The notes: generated by a model from the letters alone, not told the origin. Shown: positions 13,203 through 25,738, counted from the first letter of the stretch. The stretch is DNA of 64,000 nt from Moniliella sp. 'wahieum' (GCA_003971905.1 RSEE01000004.1:124001-188000); one strand, 5' to 3'. Numbers and translations: made by a program.

Positions 13203-16021
13203 TCAATATCTAAGCCCCCTGAGGACAGGGCGGATGATGGACGGCATAGATGCGGTATATATATGGACTACAACGTGGGCGCAATGACCCCGAACACATC
13301 CATCGAAGGGCCTGTGTGGACTTCCTTCTTGGAGCGGCGTTTTTTGACGATCAGCTGCGCTCATCCTCTCGTGGCGCTTCTTGAGTCGCTGCGAAACGTC
13401 CTTGGCATACTTCTTGGCTGGCCCATTGGTGAAGCGAGTGATCATGTGCATCGCATCACCACGGGTGATTTGGTCAAGGCCCAAGTTGTGAGCGCCCTCG
13501 GGGGTCAGGCCGAGCCGCTTGGTAATGAATTTGGCCTGACCGTCGGTCATGGGACTGGAACGCCAGGGCGCATCGCGAACATCATCTGCGGGCAACCCCT
13601 CCATGAGTCGAAGCAAAGGTGTCGCATGCGCGAATCGCCGCCTCCAACTCGTAATGCGCCACAATGCGCGTTGGTCGCATGGCGCGTCCTTTGGCCAGGC
13701 ACCGTGACTTGGCGAATAAACGTACCCAGCCAAGCTAAAAATAATCGGCACAGTCAGTAAAATCCAAAAAAGATCAATTTGACGTACCAGGTGGACGGTC
13801 AATGTTGGACATATGTCGACTACGCCGATTCCCGTTTTGCTTCTCCTCTTCCTCTCCATTTTCGACTTCTTCTTCCGCCCAATTCATCGGGAATAGCGTC
13901 TGCACTTGCCTCCAATCGAATCCGTCCAACCGATGGGAGGTTGAGAACGTATGTGTCGTTGCCACAATCGGTCCAAGCAAGTCGCGAGGCGCGTAATAAG
14001 GGGCTGTGGTGCTCTTCTTTCAAATCAATCGCTTCCTGCAGCGATGCGACCGAATCATAGTCAGTCATCGTCATCTTCTTGGGCACTTCAACGACAAAAT
14101 CGGGCTGCTCAGGTTCCACCGTCTCAGATGAAGAAACGCAGGCAATGCTTCCTCTTTGCGTTGTCTCTGGGCATCCCTGCGTGCCATCAGCTCTTCCAAA
14201 CTGGCTTGATCCATCTCATCTTCTGGATTCAGACCGAAAAGTGTCGGAGCACATACCGCCCCTCTGGCCCCCTCAGCGGCTGAAACGTAGTCCAGCACCA
14301 ACAATCCACCTTCCCCGTTTCCGGCGACTGGCGCGTGCCGCGTCCAATCATTTGCTGGTACCGTCCTTGACTGCGGGTGGGGCGCGCAATCAACACACAA
14401 TCAACGGGTGGAATGTCCGTTCCCTCGGTAAACACACCACAATTGACCAAAACAGGGAACTCGCCAGCACGAAAGCGCTGCAAAAATCGGCCCTTTCTGC
14501 CGACCGGGTCATACCATCCACGCCAAACGCAGGGACACCAGCCTGACGAAAAGCGTCCACCACGTGAGCGACATGAGAACGGGTGGCACAAAAGACCAGC
14601 GTGCTCCTGCGACGGTAGCGTCCACTTGTGTCTCCCTCCACCCGCTCAGGTAAGTTCCAACACCGATAAAGCCATCTTGACCAGAAGTTTATTGAGCTCA
14701 AAGCTGTTGAGTACTTGGTCCATACTGTTGATGGTAAAGTCGCCCTGGCCGTCCTGGGTATCAGGTCGATTGGCCTTGGAGATACGCAAAGCACTGAGGT
14801 CGAGGTGCCCCCGAATCATAGTGAAGCGTAAAGGTGCAAGGTGCCCCAAGCTCATCAAGTCGATCATCCGTTGTGGTATACAATTTTTTCAAACACCAAC
14901 CCCAATGCCAGGCCATCGCTTCGAGTCAAAGTGGCGGAAAACCCAATGAGGGGGGTATTGTACTCCACACGAGGAAGAGGGGTATTGTACCCCTCACGAG
15001 GCATGGGGGCGCGGATGGACGTGGTTGTGGAGTCCGTCTGGTTGCGGTTCCGCAACGCAGGGTGAAAGTACTCAAGGACCTGTCTCCATGTCTCGGCGCA
15101 GGCATGATGGGCTTCATCGATCACTACCGCCTTGAAACCAGCAGGGTCAAACTTGCTCAGTCGAGCCCCATCCCTGGCTGCCAGGGTGGCGACAGTGGCG
15201 ACCGTCACGTCAGCCATGCCTGTAGACTCATTCCTTCCTTGCTCCACCTCCACCGTAAGGTCCGGATGGGACGCGATACGGACATGGCTGTCTGCTTGGC
15301 AATTTCAACGGAAGGAACGAGAATCATGACTTGTCCTCCCCTCAGGTATTCCCGCCCAGTCCAGGTGGTATCATCATTGTTGGTACGGGAGGGGATCTGT
15401 TTTAGCAGAGTCGAACTGGAGTCGGCAGTCAGCACCATGGTTCCAACATAAACGGAATTGCGTACAAAATGACCGTCTTTCCACTTCCAGTGGGAGCACT
15501 GACAGCTATCCTGGTCAAGCCATCGGCCAAAGCACCGACACAGGCATCGATGCACTCCGATTGGTACAGGCGCAGCTCAACGAGCGAGGGAGGAGCCTGC
15601 TGCAGGGAGAGGCAATATGTTCTTGAGCATTGTCTGACCGTTGTTTCTCTAACCACCAGCGGTTGTCGGGTTTGCGTGGCCGACCCCTCTTTTTAGGAGA
15701 CGTCTCAGGTACCAGTTGATCCTCTGAGGGCTCCAATGGAAGCTGGACTTTGCGTGGCCGACCCTCTTCTTGGGAGACGTCTCAGACAAGAGACAGTAGC
15801 TGTGCTCAACACACGTCGGGGAAGCAGCTCTGACTGCGATATCCATGCTGACGAAAGAATTGAGGGGATGCGAAGACGCGATATGCTCCGCGGAGCCAGC
15901 CATCGCACGGCAACGGCGGCGAAATGTACTTTGGTGGTGGTGGCGGGAAAGGAGTGCTTGCAGCTATTATCGCCGTCCTTGAAATTACGACGAGTATCCG
16001 CAGTCGGTGCAACGCCTTCAC
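13203..16021 (-). CDS. IRC3: IRC3-like (mitochondrial) superfamily 2 DNA helicase; start approximate
   Basis: [25 protein letters not shown] (Q and Walker A), VVIDEAHHA (DEAH), [60 protein letters not shown], and C-terminal [27 protein letters not shown]. Confidence 0.85.
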
Positions 16022-16221
16022 GCGTTCACTACAGGATTTGGACAGTTGCTATTTCTGCACTCAGCCTCTCAGGTTCCTCAGGCCGCCACATTCCCACCTA
16101 TACGCTGAAGGTGGGCTCACAGCCTTGTTTTTACACAACATCATATTGGCTTGATGTCAAAATTGGGAAATATTTTGATGGAAAAAGAGTGTATGAGTAT
16201 GTAGTAGTACATGCCAGTTGA

Positions 16222-17571
16222 TCACGACCGCCTGGGCTTTTTAGCGGGTGCTGGCTCGTCTTCGCCGCCGGATTCCTCGTCTTCGTCGTCCTCCTCGTCT
16301 GCGCTTCCGGCGCGACGAGAAGTGACGTCCTCCATGACGAGCTCTTCCTCGTCGTCGTCGTCGTCGTCGAAGTACTCGTCCTCCGACTCGGGAACTGGAA
16401 CATTGGCCTTGAGACCCTTCATCTTCCGCGTCTGCAGCTTGGTCAAGTCCTGGCGGCCCAAGTGGACCTGACCCACAATATCGCCCATATCGTCCACATC
16501 CACATTCTTCCGGTCCCCCTTGCCCAAGGTCGACTTCTCTCCCTGAGTCTTGGGGCGCTTGAGCGCCTGGGCAAGCTGATCCAGCGCTGCCGGCGCCGCC
16601 GACGAATCACGAAATCAAAGCTCGGCCCGCACTCGACAAGCTCGACCCGAGGCTTGCGCTCCCCACTCGCACGCAGGTCAATTGCATAAGTCCGGAAGTG
16701 GATCACAGAGCCCTCGGCAGAACGGTCCACAACGTTGTGCGCTTGTTGGGCGCCGGAATCAGCGCGTGCGACCCCGGCAGCATAGAGAGCACTGAGGGTG
16801 TCCTCGCGGCCCAGGGCTGCCGCATCGGTGGCCGCTTTGCTCGAAGCATTAGCAGACATTGGCCCGGCTGTGACGGAAATGATGTGTTGCAGACCCGAGA
16901 GTGCAATCTGGTGCTCCCCCAACTTGATCCCTTGTCCCCGCGGAAGCTCCTCGCCGCGATAAAAGTCCATGAGAAGCGACTTGAGGTGCTGGTGAACGGG
17001 ATACTCGCTGTTGGCATATGCGCTGGCCAGTTCCATTGGCGATGCCGTGGCGGGATCCAGCGACTCGTCCAGTGCGAACTGGGGACCCGAGAAGTGGAAC
17101 AGAGGCCGGTTTCCCAATTGGGGCTTAATGGACTGTGGACCAGGTCAGTATGATAACTCAATAGCAAGGGAAGGGAAATGAACGTACGCCCTTGAAGTTG
17201 CTCATGGGGAATGCTTCAAGGATGCCCATCTCGAGCATGTCGAGACTTGTCCGTTAAACATGCGGACCCAGACCAAGTTGTCCTTGCGCTTCTTCTGGTT
17301 GGACCCCACGACAAATAGCGACGCGTCGTTCTTGGCCGAGAAGAATTCAAGGCTGGAAGGGTCGTCAAAGGGGTGATGTCGTTCTTCTTGTTGAACATAA
17401 TAACATCGGGCTTTTTGAGGGCCGCCAACTCGCGCATCGCCACATTCACCTTTTCGCCCGTCCGCAGCCCATGGACAAGATCGCCGTCTTGGCGTTCTCC
17501 ACCTCCTTGGCGTCGCGTTTCTCAAGCGCACGTTTGGAACGTGCATTGCGCGGCTTGCGGGTGACCAGCAT
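16222..17571 (-). CDS. RPF2: Ribosome biogenesis Brix-domain protein Rpf2
   Basis: KPRNARSKRALEKR, KKNDI, LEFFSAKNDASLFVVGSNQKKRKDNLVWVRMF, PRVELVECGPSFDF, MGDIVGQVHLGRQDLTKLQTRKMKGLK and an acidic tail. One intron near 17137-17186. Confidence 0.95.
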
Positions 17572-17880
17572 GATGCTTCGTTGTCGGTTGCAGTGGTGGC
17601 TCGCCTCTGGGGTCCTCCCTTTTTTCTGGTAGGGAATGGGGCAAATTTTTTCAACTCCGCCGAGGCGGAACGAGGAGAAACGGGCCAAGCTGTAAGGGTT
17701 TGGTTGGACGTTTCAGGTATGACATGTGATGTGATATGCGATGTGATATGCGACGGCTGAGCGCTAGCCCCGAAGGACGTGTGCTCCCCAGCGGAATTGC
17801 TGGACAAAATGTCGGGCGGATTGGGAGCGAGCTCGTCTACTGGAGGGAAGCGACTTGTGTTGCTGGGTCTCCCCACCAGT

Positions 17881-19500
17881 ATGCCCTTCCCTGCGCAGGC
17901 AGCCGCCTTGCCAGTGCAACTGGCCCTTGCGGCCACGAAGCACCCATTATTTCTACCAAGACCCTCCTTTCACGCTATTCCCTGCCCCCTGGTCCTCGCC
18001 TCGCTTCCTCCACACATCCCCTCCACTCGCCTTCCAAGAACGGGAGGATCCCGATGCCACTGCCGATGCCGATTCCGAGCCCAAGACGACGCGTTCGGGG
18101 ACGTGGAAGAGCACGCCGAGGGTGCTCATTCCAATGTCAACAACCTCCAAGAACCGATTCCCACCCACTCGTCCAAGTTGCTGACGGATAATTCACCTTC
18201 CGAAGGGGAGCCTGATACTTCTGGGTCCCGTGCGCCCCCTCCCCTGCGGATGTCAACACCAATCCCTCGGAAAAGAGGTTGCAGTTCGTTCACCTGCACG
18301 GCCGCTATTCCGGAGCATCGGACGAGGTCAAGAACAGGCTTCTTCTCGTTCCTCCTCTTCCGATCTCGCCCATGCAATCCAAGTTGATTGAGGCAAGAAG
18401 GCGCTGCCAGAGGTCCAGACAACTTCCATTTACATTTCGGGATTTTCGCTTGACAAGGTTGATTCTATTATCAGCATGGTCTCCAAGAACGCTGTCCATG
18501 TGAGGGCGAAGAAGGTAACAAGGTCGACCGTCGCCTGGTCATTGCTCGTTTCGCCACCACCGAGGAGGCCAGAGCGGAGGCCATCCGTTTTGACCGGCTC
18601 AAATTCATGACATATCCTCAAGTCTGATTTCTTCTATGAACATACCAGTGCCAGCCCTTCAACCTTGTTACGGATCGTCAACATCCCGGATCATGTCACG
18701 CTTCACAACACAAGGAACCTCTTTCGGGGCCGCGATCCTAAAGAGGATACGGATGCCATTGGCCTGCCTTACGCAACAGTCTTGTCGGGAAGTGACGGCA
18801 GCCACAGTAACATGGCCCTGCTCTTCCATACGCCTGGAACGGAAGATTCTGTCAGGTCTACTGCCGATTCCAACTCCAGAATAAAGGTCGCTGGGCACCC
18901 AGTCAGTGTCAGCACACGGTACCCTAGTGCTCGTGATACCTCATTCTATACCCGCCCCAGTCTTGCACCCCTGATCAGAGTACTCAATTTACCGCGAGGT
19001 ACAACCTCTCAAGACCTGGTCGAACTGTTTGGTGTCCTTGTACCGGTCCGGGCTGCGTTCGTTTCGTCATACAGCCCCCGATTTGGGCTGGTGGAGCTGC
19101 CGACAGAGAGTACGCTGAAAAGGCACTGGCGTTTGACAACTACCGTTATGGTGGACAATTCATCAATGTTTACATGGTGGAGATGGACAGCCGTCTGATG
19201 ATTAAGACGGAGGCAATGCGGAGTGGCGCGCTGCCCTTCGCTCCGTCCGACAAACTGGATGAATACCCGCAGAGGCTGTTGAAGGCGGCTATCAAGGAGC
19301 GTCGCCACATCCCCACTTACGGTGTGCCGAATAATGGGCCGTGCCTCTTGACGAGGAAAAATCGTCCCAGAGGATGTGGTCTTCACGCCGCCCCGCCACA
19401 GGAAAAAGCGCCCTCACGAGGTTGATTGGGACAAGTTTGTCCTCAAGTCCGAGCCAACCGAGCGAGATCGACGACACCTTGCGACCCAGTTCCCCATATG
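17881..19500 (+). CDS. Hypothetical protein with RRM-like segments, possibly mitochondrial; ends approximate
   Basis: N-terminal Arg/Pro-rich segment ending PRFLHTSPPL (presequence-like). RNP2/RNP1-like LIRVLNLPRGTTSQDLVELF...PRFGLVEL, plus LRIVNIPDHVT and VIARFATTEEARA. Confidence 0.45.
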
Positions 19501-19944
19501 ACCATCTCCGATCTCCTTGTCTGCCGAGAAGCACAACTCTTCCGGTTTCATCATCCTTCATGCATCATTTCTGCCTCGCCTTGTGGCCTTCTTGTTGTTT
19601 TTTTCCATGGCTGTTATATTATAGACTTCTCTCACGAGAGCTGCCCTCTTTACAGGAGCAAGTGACGGCCATCAGACCTTATCAGGGAATCTGGAATGGG
19701 CGCAATGGATAGGATTTATGCCCGATGTACAATGAAACGGCTATAATAGAGTAGTATTGGGTTAAGAGCTCATACCCTGATTGGTACACCGTGTCGAAAC
19801 CTATATACATCCGTCGCCAGGTTTGCAAAGGCCAGTTCACACCTCTGTGGAGACACAGTAACATATGGATGGAAAAGATGGAAAAGGAGTTCATGGATAT
19901 TGAATACAATCAACAACAAGTACAGATACCACTCAAGTGCGTTC

Positions 19945-21059
19945 CTATCGCCCATGTTGGCCAGCTTCATTTACTTGAACCCGCAACCGTGTGGGGTTCG
20001 GTAGGTTAGCAAGATGAGCGAGAAGGTGAAGTCGGTTCGGCTGGACGGGTGGCCGGGGTCGAGGAATCAGGTGCAAGTGCGGTTGGGGTCCTGACGGACG
20101 CAACAGAACAGGAGGAACGGAAATTGCCCCGCCCGACGGTGGGGAGGCAGGGAGGTAAGGGTGAGGTGGATGCGGCCGGGCCCCTTGGGGGGGCAGAGCC
20201 TCAAAGGATGAACCGGCCAGGATCGCCGGCACCTCGCCTGACTCCTCCGAATTGGATGCCGTGGGAGCGGGGCGGGGAAGGATGTGCATATAGTAGTGTG
20301 ATGGTGATGATGTTATGGTGGTGGTGGGAGTTTTCAGAGGAAGTACACAGGCTCCCTTGTCCGCTTCCCATTTCCCCAACGTTGAGGGTTTCGTGCCGCG
20401 GCGAGAGGAGCGAGGGCGCTTGCACATCTTTTTTCCCTCTGTGTCCGATTCCAGTGGATGCTTAAGGCTCGACGGTGCTGAACTGCGCTGGGGCCGAACA
20501 CTGCAGTTCAATCCCAAGGGAGAAGGCGTGCTCAGGTTTGTGCTCGCTTCCGTATCGGACGGCGTATCAGGAGAGAACTGAACGATCCTCTTCTTCGTCT
20601 TCAAATGCTAACGAGCTGGTAGAGGAGCACGGGGACGGTGGCGTGGGTCGTCGAGCACAGGAGCCATGCAGGATCGGAACCGTCGTAGAAACCGTCATGC
20701 CGAATCCACCTCTTCTTTCTCCTGGGGGGCGGGTGTAGTGGGATTCGCTTCATCCGGGGAAGTGGGGTGCAGGGGTGGGGAGAAGGGTTCTTCGCAGAAT
20801 CCTCCCGCACCACCGTCGTTTGCTGGGACGGTGAGGCGTCATCAGCTACCGTCGACCTATCACTCATACTTGTGATGGACACGAAGGAAGAACGTGGAGA
20901 GAGGTTCCATCGCTCTCCTGTTTCCGTGAAAATTGGGGGGGTGGGAATGGGGTTGTCAGAGCCCCAAAAGCGCTGGGCGCGGCGCGGTGGGTGGGGCAGC
21001 AAACAGGAATGACTCTGGGCAAATGGGGAATTTGAGTCGGACGACTGCTGGTAGGACAC
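19945..21059 (-). CDS. Ser/Pro-rich hypothetical coding region (separate gene or 3' part of the bHLH gene)
   Basis: Two abutting - strand ORFs (20601-21059 and 19945-20604) with protein-like low-complexity composition and basic clusters (RRKKRW, KTKKRIVQF). No recognisable domain. Confidence 0.35.
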
Positions 21060-21224
21060 GGACCGATTCCACCCTCTTTCCTCATCTCAGACACATCTTC
21101 CTCATCGGTAGAGCTTATGCTGAACCGAGATCGTGTGGCATGAGCCGATGGGGATGAAGCGAATCGGTGCGGCGGTGTGGAGAAGCCCGCACGGTTGCAT
21201 CCTCCCCAGCCGTTAAATCTTCCC

Positions 21225-21920
21225 CTAGGGCATGGGCAAAGGCAAAGTGCTTGGCTTTAGCCGCCTGATCGACCTCAGAACCTGAGAGGAGGTGGCGGAA
21301 GGACGATCGGGATGTGAAAGAGTTGGCGGGCCAGGGACAGCCGATGCTCCCGCTCCGAGGGAGGGGGTATTGATGGAATAGGCGCGTTGGTACTCAGCCA
21401 GTTGTTGTTGCAGTTGGCAGACATAGTCTGTACGCGAACAGGCATCGGTTAGCATAGATCGAAGGAGAGGAGATAAGCAGAGAACGCACCGTATGTGTGG
21501 GAGATGATGCAGAGTTTTTCGAGCACCATATCGCTCTCGATGCGACTCGTCATTTCGGCCATGGTCCTCGCCGAGCTGATCGCTGTCCTCCGCGTTGCTT
21601 GTTGGCGGAGGCAGAGGCGGAGGCGGAGGCGGGTTGGGCTTGGGCGCGGGCGCGACGCTGGGCAGTGCGACGACGGGCAGGAGGAAGGGGTTTGGCCCGG
21701 AGCACATCGAGCGCCTCGGCATAGCAGGCTGGCACGAGGGTCTGGAGGCGGGTGAGACGCTCGTTGATCTTTTCGCGGCGGCGGCGCTCGATGAGCGAGT
21801 GGTCGTCTTGCGCTTCAGCACGCGGGACTTGCGCGGCGGCGGGGGGGCGGACGGGGCGGGCGTGGGCATGGGTGGAGGGGCGTGGCGGGGTGGGGTGGTG
21901 CCGGGGGGCGGTGGGGCATG
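21225..21920 (-). CDS. bHLH transcription factor with a long Pro-rich loop; start approximate
   Basis: Basic region and helix 1 HSLIERRRREKINERLTRLQTLVPAC. Helix 2 MVLEKLCIISHT-[intron about 21430-21493]-DYVCQLQQQL. Confidence 0.85.
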   Translation of the reverse strand, partial: HAPPPPGTTPPRHAPPPMPTPAPSAPPPPRKSRVLKRKTTTRSSSAAAAKRSTSVSPASRPSCQPAMPRRSMCSGPNPFLLPVVALPSVAPAPKPNPPPPPPLPPPTSNAEDSDQLGEDHGRNDESHRERYGARKTLHHLPHIRCVLCLSPLLRSMLTDACSRTDYVCQLQQQLAEYQRAYSINTPSLGAGASAVPGPPTLSHPDRPSATSSQVLRSIRRLKPSTLPLPMP

Positions 21921-22346
21921 GCGGGGTTAATACGTGCTGCGCTGGCCATGGGGGCGGGGGGGGCAGACGAGCGGGGGCGGCGAGGACAGTAGCGGTGGCC
22001 GCCGTCCTGTGCTGCTCCGCGCCCGCCCGCACAGGGCGGCTGTGGCGGCGGATGAACGTTTCAGTCCCCGCGTCCACCCTTCCGGCTGAGGCTGGGTCTC
22101 AGCGACTCCGTACTCACTGGTGGCCCGACAGGTAGCCGCCTGTCGCTTCGCTGTCTGGCTCTGTCTGGGGCAACCGATCGGTTACAACCCGCGCGTCCCC
22201 CGCCGATCGCTGGTGTGTCGCGACACCCCCCCGGTACCGCCTGCGATGCTACCCATACATCTCGTCCATCCGCACGCGTGTTTGCTGCTCACACTTCATG
22301 TACCCCCCCGCAGACGACACACCTCCCAGGGCCGCACGGGTGCCTT

Positions 22347-23330
22347 CTACGCGTCCGGGATGATTCTTGGTGCCAGCTTGCGGTTGTACTTCTCCAGTTC
22401 GACCGACTTTTGGTAGATTTTCCGCACCAGATTCTCTCCCGTTCGTTCAGCCTGCCATGCACACGTCATCCGCCATCGGTCAGTAACCCCGCTCCCACGC
22501 TCCCAGCAGCCACCCAACCCCCAAACGACCAGGACGCACTCTTGCTCCATCGAGTACATTGCCCGCAGCCGCTGGTCGTCCGGCATGCTCAGCAGCCGCG
22601 CGCGCAGCTCCGTTTCCTTGCGTTCTCTCCGCTCCTGCTCCTCCCGCCGCTGCACCTCTCCTCGGCCTCGAGCACAGCCAGGCGCCGAGCCACCTCCTCC
22701 TCGTCCAACTGCGCATTGTTGTCAAATCCAAGCTGCTCGAACAGCTCTGCTCATGCGCCTCCTTGGCTTGCGGTACTTGCGCTGTGTCATCTCGTTGTAC
22801 CAGCGCGACGCGAGCAGCAGTGACCCAGCAACATGAGCGCCCCATCACGCTCAGCAGCACAGCACACCCACTCACATACCGTAGTCCCAGCGGGGAAAAG
22901 TAGCGGTACGGCTCTCGCTGCACGCGCGCCCGTTGGAAGAGTTGTACAACACGACGCTGGTCCAAATCCCATCTTCTCTTTTTTGCATCTGCTTGAGATA
23001 GCTCCACGATAGTCCTTCTTGAAACTTGCGATCAAACTCGCTCGGTGCGTCTTTCGAACTCAGCGACTTTTGCGCCTGGCGGGCCCGCGCAGCCATCGCC
23101 TTGCCAGCGCCGGCATAGCCTGGAGGGGGGCGTCGTGGCACGCCAGCCTGGGACGAAGGGGGGCGCGGCGCGTCGCAAGCGCGGGCGCAAGTGCTGAACT
23201 TGCGTTGGGCCAGATCCGATCGGGAACCGGGCGAGAGACGGGCGCGCGGCTCCCAGCCCAGCTTGACGCAAGCCACGGGCAAACCAGCGCGACGAACAGC
23301 GCTGGATGACCGTACCGCCCCCATCGCTCG
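22347..23330 (-). CDS. Presequence-like segment + single TM + coiled-coil module (C-terminal extension of GEP4, or a separate mitochondrial protein gene)
   Basis: MGAVRSSSAVRRAG...AQRKFSTCARAC, a hydrophobic stretch near 22815-22880 (YVSGCAVLLSVMG..SLLLA), and a charged coiled coil (RREEQERRERKETELRARLL; LVRKIYQKSVELEKYNRKL). Intron 22452-22539 (GTGCGT...CTGAC...CAG). Stop at 22347. Confidence 0.55.
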
Positions 23331-23759
23331 TTGGACAACCCGGTTCGAGGCAAGAAGGGATCCGGTTGTTCGGACCAACCCCAGGCACCTTGCCAGGCGC
23401 GGCCACCGGGCCGTCATACCAGCAACCAAAACGCCCAATGGGGACAGTGACGAGCGCGCCACCGGACTCGTACCGGACGCTACAGCCGAGGCGGGTGTAA
23501 TCAGCTCGGGCCAACGCACGCCAAGGTGTGTCGGTACGGACCACTTGGGATGCCTGTGCTGGTGCAGAGGGCGTTTCCGTCTCGGTTGTCGAGGGAAGGG
23601 AAGATGCCATGCGGACGCCAATTTGCTGCCAATAAGGTGCTTGGTAGGGCACCAAACCTGGTGCCACTCCGTCGGGGAGGAGCGATGGCAAGTGGGGGGC
23701 ACTTGGCAAAGGAGGATGGGGTCTCGCAATGCTTTGGCCCACATGTGGGCAGCGGCACG

Positions 23760-24456
23760 ACGCAGCACCCGGCTAGAGAACCATCCTTGCCCAGGAACAA
23801 TTTCCAACCGGTTCAAGGCTCGGACCAGCGCGAGCTCTGTGTTGCGCATCAGGGTCGATCCCCTGCCTTCGCGCACCCACAATTGGCTGCCAAGGCGGCA
23901 AGTGCGCCGGGAGAGGGCGAGTCATGCTTGGCTCGCAGTTGCCCAGTACGCCAGCGAAGCAGGGTGTCGATGCGGTGGGCGAGGACCAGGTCGTGGTAGC
24001 TCGGTCGCCCAGGACAAGCACTTTTCCTTCGGCCCGAGTGACAGATTTGGTGGTGCCGAGAAAGTGAGAGGTGACCTGCCACGCACAGGCCCACCCGGGT
24101 TTTTTGGTGCGATGGTACAACACCGCCCCCCCCTGGAGTTCCGAAGAAAGGGCAGAGGCCTGCGTGCCCGCGCCATCTTCCGGCCAGGAGCCAGCCGAGT
24201 TGGACACAACCATCACATTGTGACGCCCAAATGTGCTGTAGGCCTCCTCGAGAGATTTCCGCGCGGCCGGGACGACAGACAATTGGTGCGGAAGCGTAAG
24301 CAGGTTGTCCTTGTCGAGCACAACGGCACGCACGCCAGCCGTATACAGCGCGCGCCAGTCCAGCCCGCGTATGTCGCCCACGACCACATCGGGCACCACC
24401 ACCCCGGGACGCACCGCGACGCTAAGGGCGGCCAGGATGCCCGGGACGTTGGGCAT
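23760..24456 (-). CDS. GEP4: Mitochondrial phosphatidylglycerophosphatase (HAD family); catalytic domain, true stop not found
   Basis: [41 protein letters not shown] (DxD), [28 protein letters not shown] and a terminal helix [18 protein letters not shown]. Confidence 0.9.
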
Positions 24457-24724
24457 GGCGGAGGAGCAAGCTCAGTCGATGCCCGCAGTGGAGATGGGCG
24501 TCGCGGCGAGAAGGACTGCGATGCCGGCTGCCGGCGGGCGTGGCGCGAGAAGAGAGAAGAGGGAAGCAGGGCGAGCGGAACTGCCCAGAGGAAATAATGA
24601 AATCCCGCCGCCGACACGGTGCCATGCCCATGTTTTGTGCCCAGCGCCCATCGACAAACCAAGCGACGGCCAACCCACCGCGCTCGCATTCCCCCCCCCC
24701 ACCGCCACCATCCCTCGGCCATCC

Positions 24725-25738
24725 ATGTCGCTCCGCAACAACGATCTGCAGCGCAACCAGGACGCCGTTGCTACGTGGGCAACCTGGACGAGCGCGTGAT
24801 GATGGTTTGTTGTGGGAGCTCATGCTCCAGGCCGGTCCTGTTGTTCGTGTCCACATCCCACGCGACCGCGTCACCGGCCAGCACAATGCGTTTGGCTTTG
24901 CCGAGTTCCAGACGCCGGCCGATGCCGACTATGCGGTGGGCATTATGAATGGTGTCAAACTGTATGGCCGTGCGCTGCGTATCAACAAAGCTTCGGCCGA
25001 TCGAAAGGAGGTGGACATTGGTGCCAACCTGTTTGTTGGCAACCTCAATCCCGACGCAGATGAGCGTGATTTGCTTGATGCGTTTGCTGCCTTTGGCAAC
25101 ATTGTTAACCTTCAGGTGTGTTGATGTGCTTTCCAGATTGATGTGTGTGTGGAGAGAGGGGGAGGACTGAAGCTGACCTTATTGTTACGGACACAGGTGG
25201 CACGGGATGAGGACAACAAGAGCAAAGGCTATGCGTTTGTTTCGTTTGACAGCTTTGAGTCTTCTGACGCAGCCAAGGAGGCGATGCAGAACCAGTACCT
25301 GCGCAACCGACCTTTATCGGTTGACTATGCGATGAAGAAGGACGGCAAGCACGGCGAGAAACACGGTACCGATGCCGAGCGCTTGGTAGCTGCCCAAGCG
25401 CGCAAGCACATTCCCGCCTCGCTCCCTTCTGCCTTTGCTGCCCCACCGGCACCAGGGCGAGCGGGCTTTTCCCCCCCCCCCCACCTCCTCTTCCATCGCA
25501 CGTGGCCCGTGGGCCCGCGAGGCCACCACCTCCACCACCTGGGATGCCTATCGCGTACGGTGCGCCTGCGCCCCCAGGCGCCCCGCAATATGGCGCGTTC
25601 CCTCGCGGTGTGGCCCCACCGCCTCCGCCAGGGATGATGGCTTACCCTTCCCAACCAGGATGGCAGCCACCTCCGCCTCCGATGAGGGCGGGTGCCTATA
25701 TGACAGGCAGCAATTCGGCCCCGTTGGGACCCCGATAA
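24725..25738 (+). CDS. HSH49: Splicing factor 3B subunit 4 (SAP49/Hsh49): two RRMs and a Pro-rich tail
   Basis: [70 protein letters not shown], and [27 protein letters not shown]. Intron 25116-25196. Confidence 0.95.

Noticed and set aside
21700..21810. bHLH as SREBP, the substrate of the site-2 protease in this window
   Set aside because: The basic region is ERRRR and lacks the SREBP-diagnostic Tyr. No TM segments follow.
23191..24597. 468-aa + strand ORF and many other long antisense ORFs (for example 10610-11674 and 56789-57727)
   Set aside because: They are shadows of real genes on the opposite strand in GC-rich DNA and carry no recognisable motifs.
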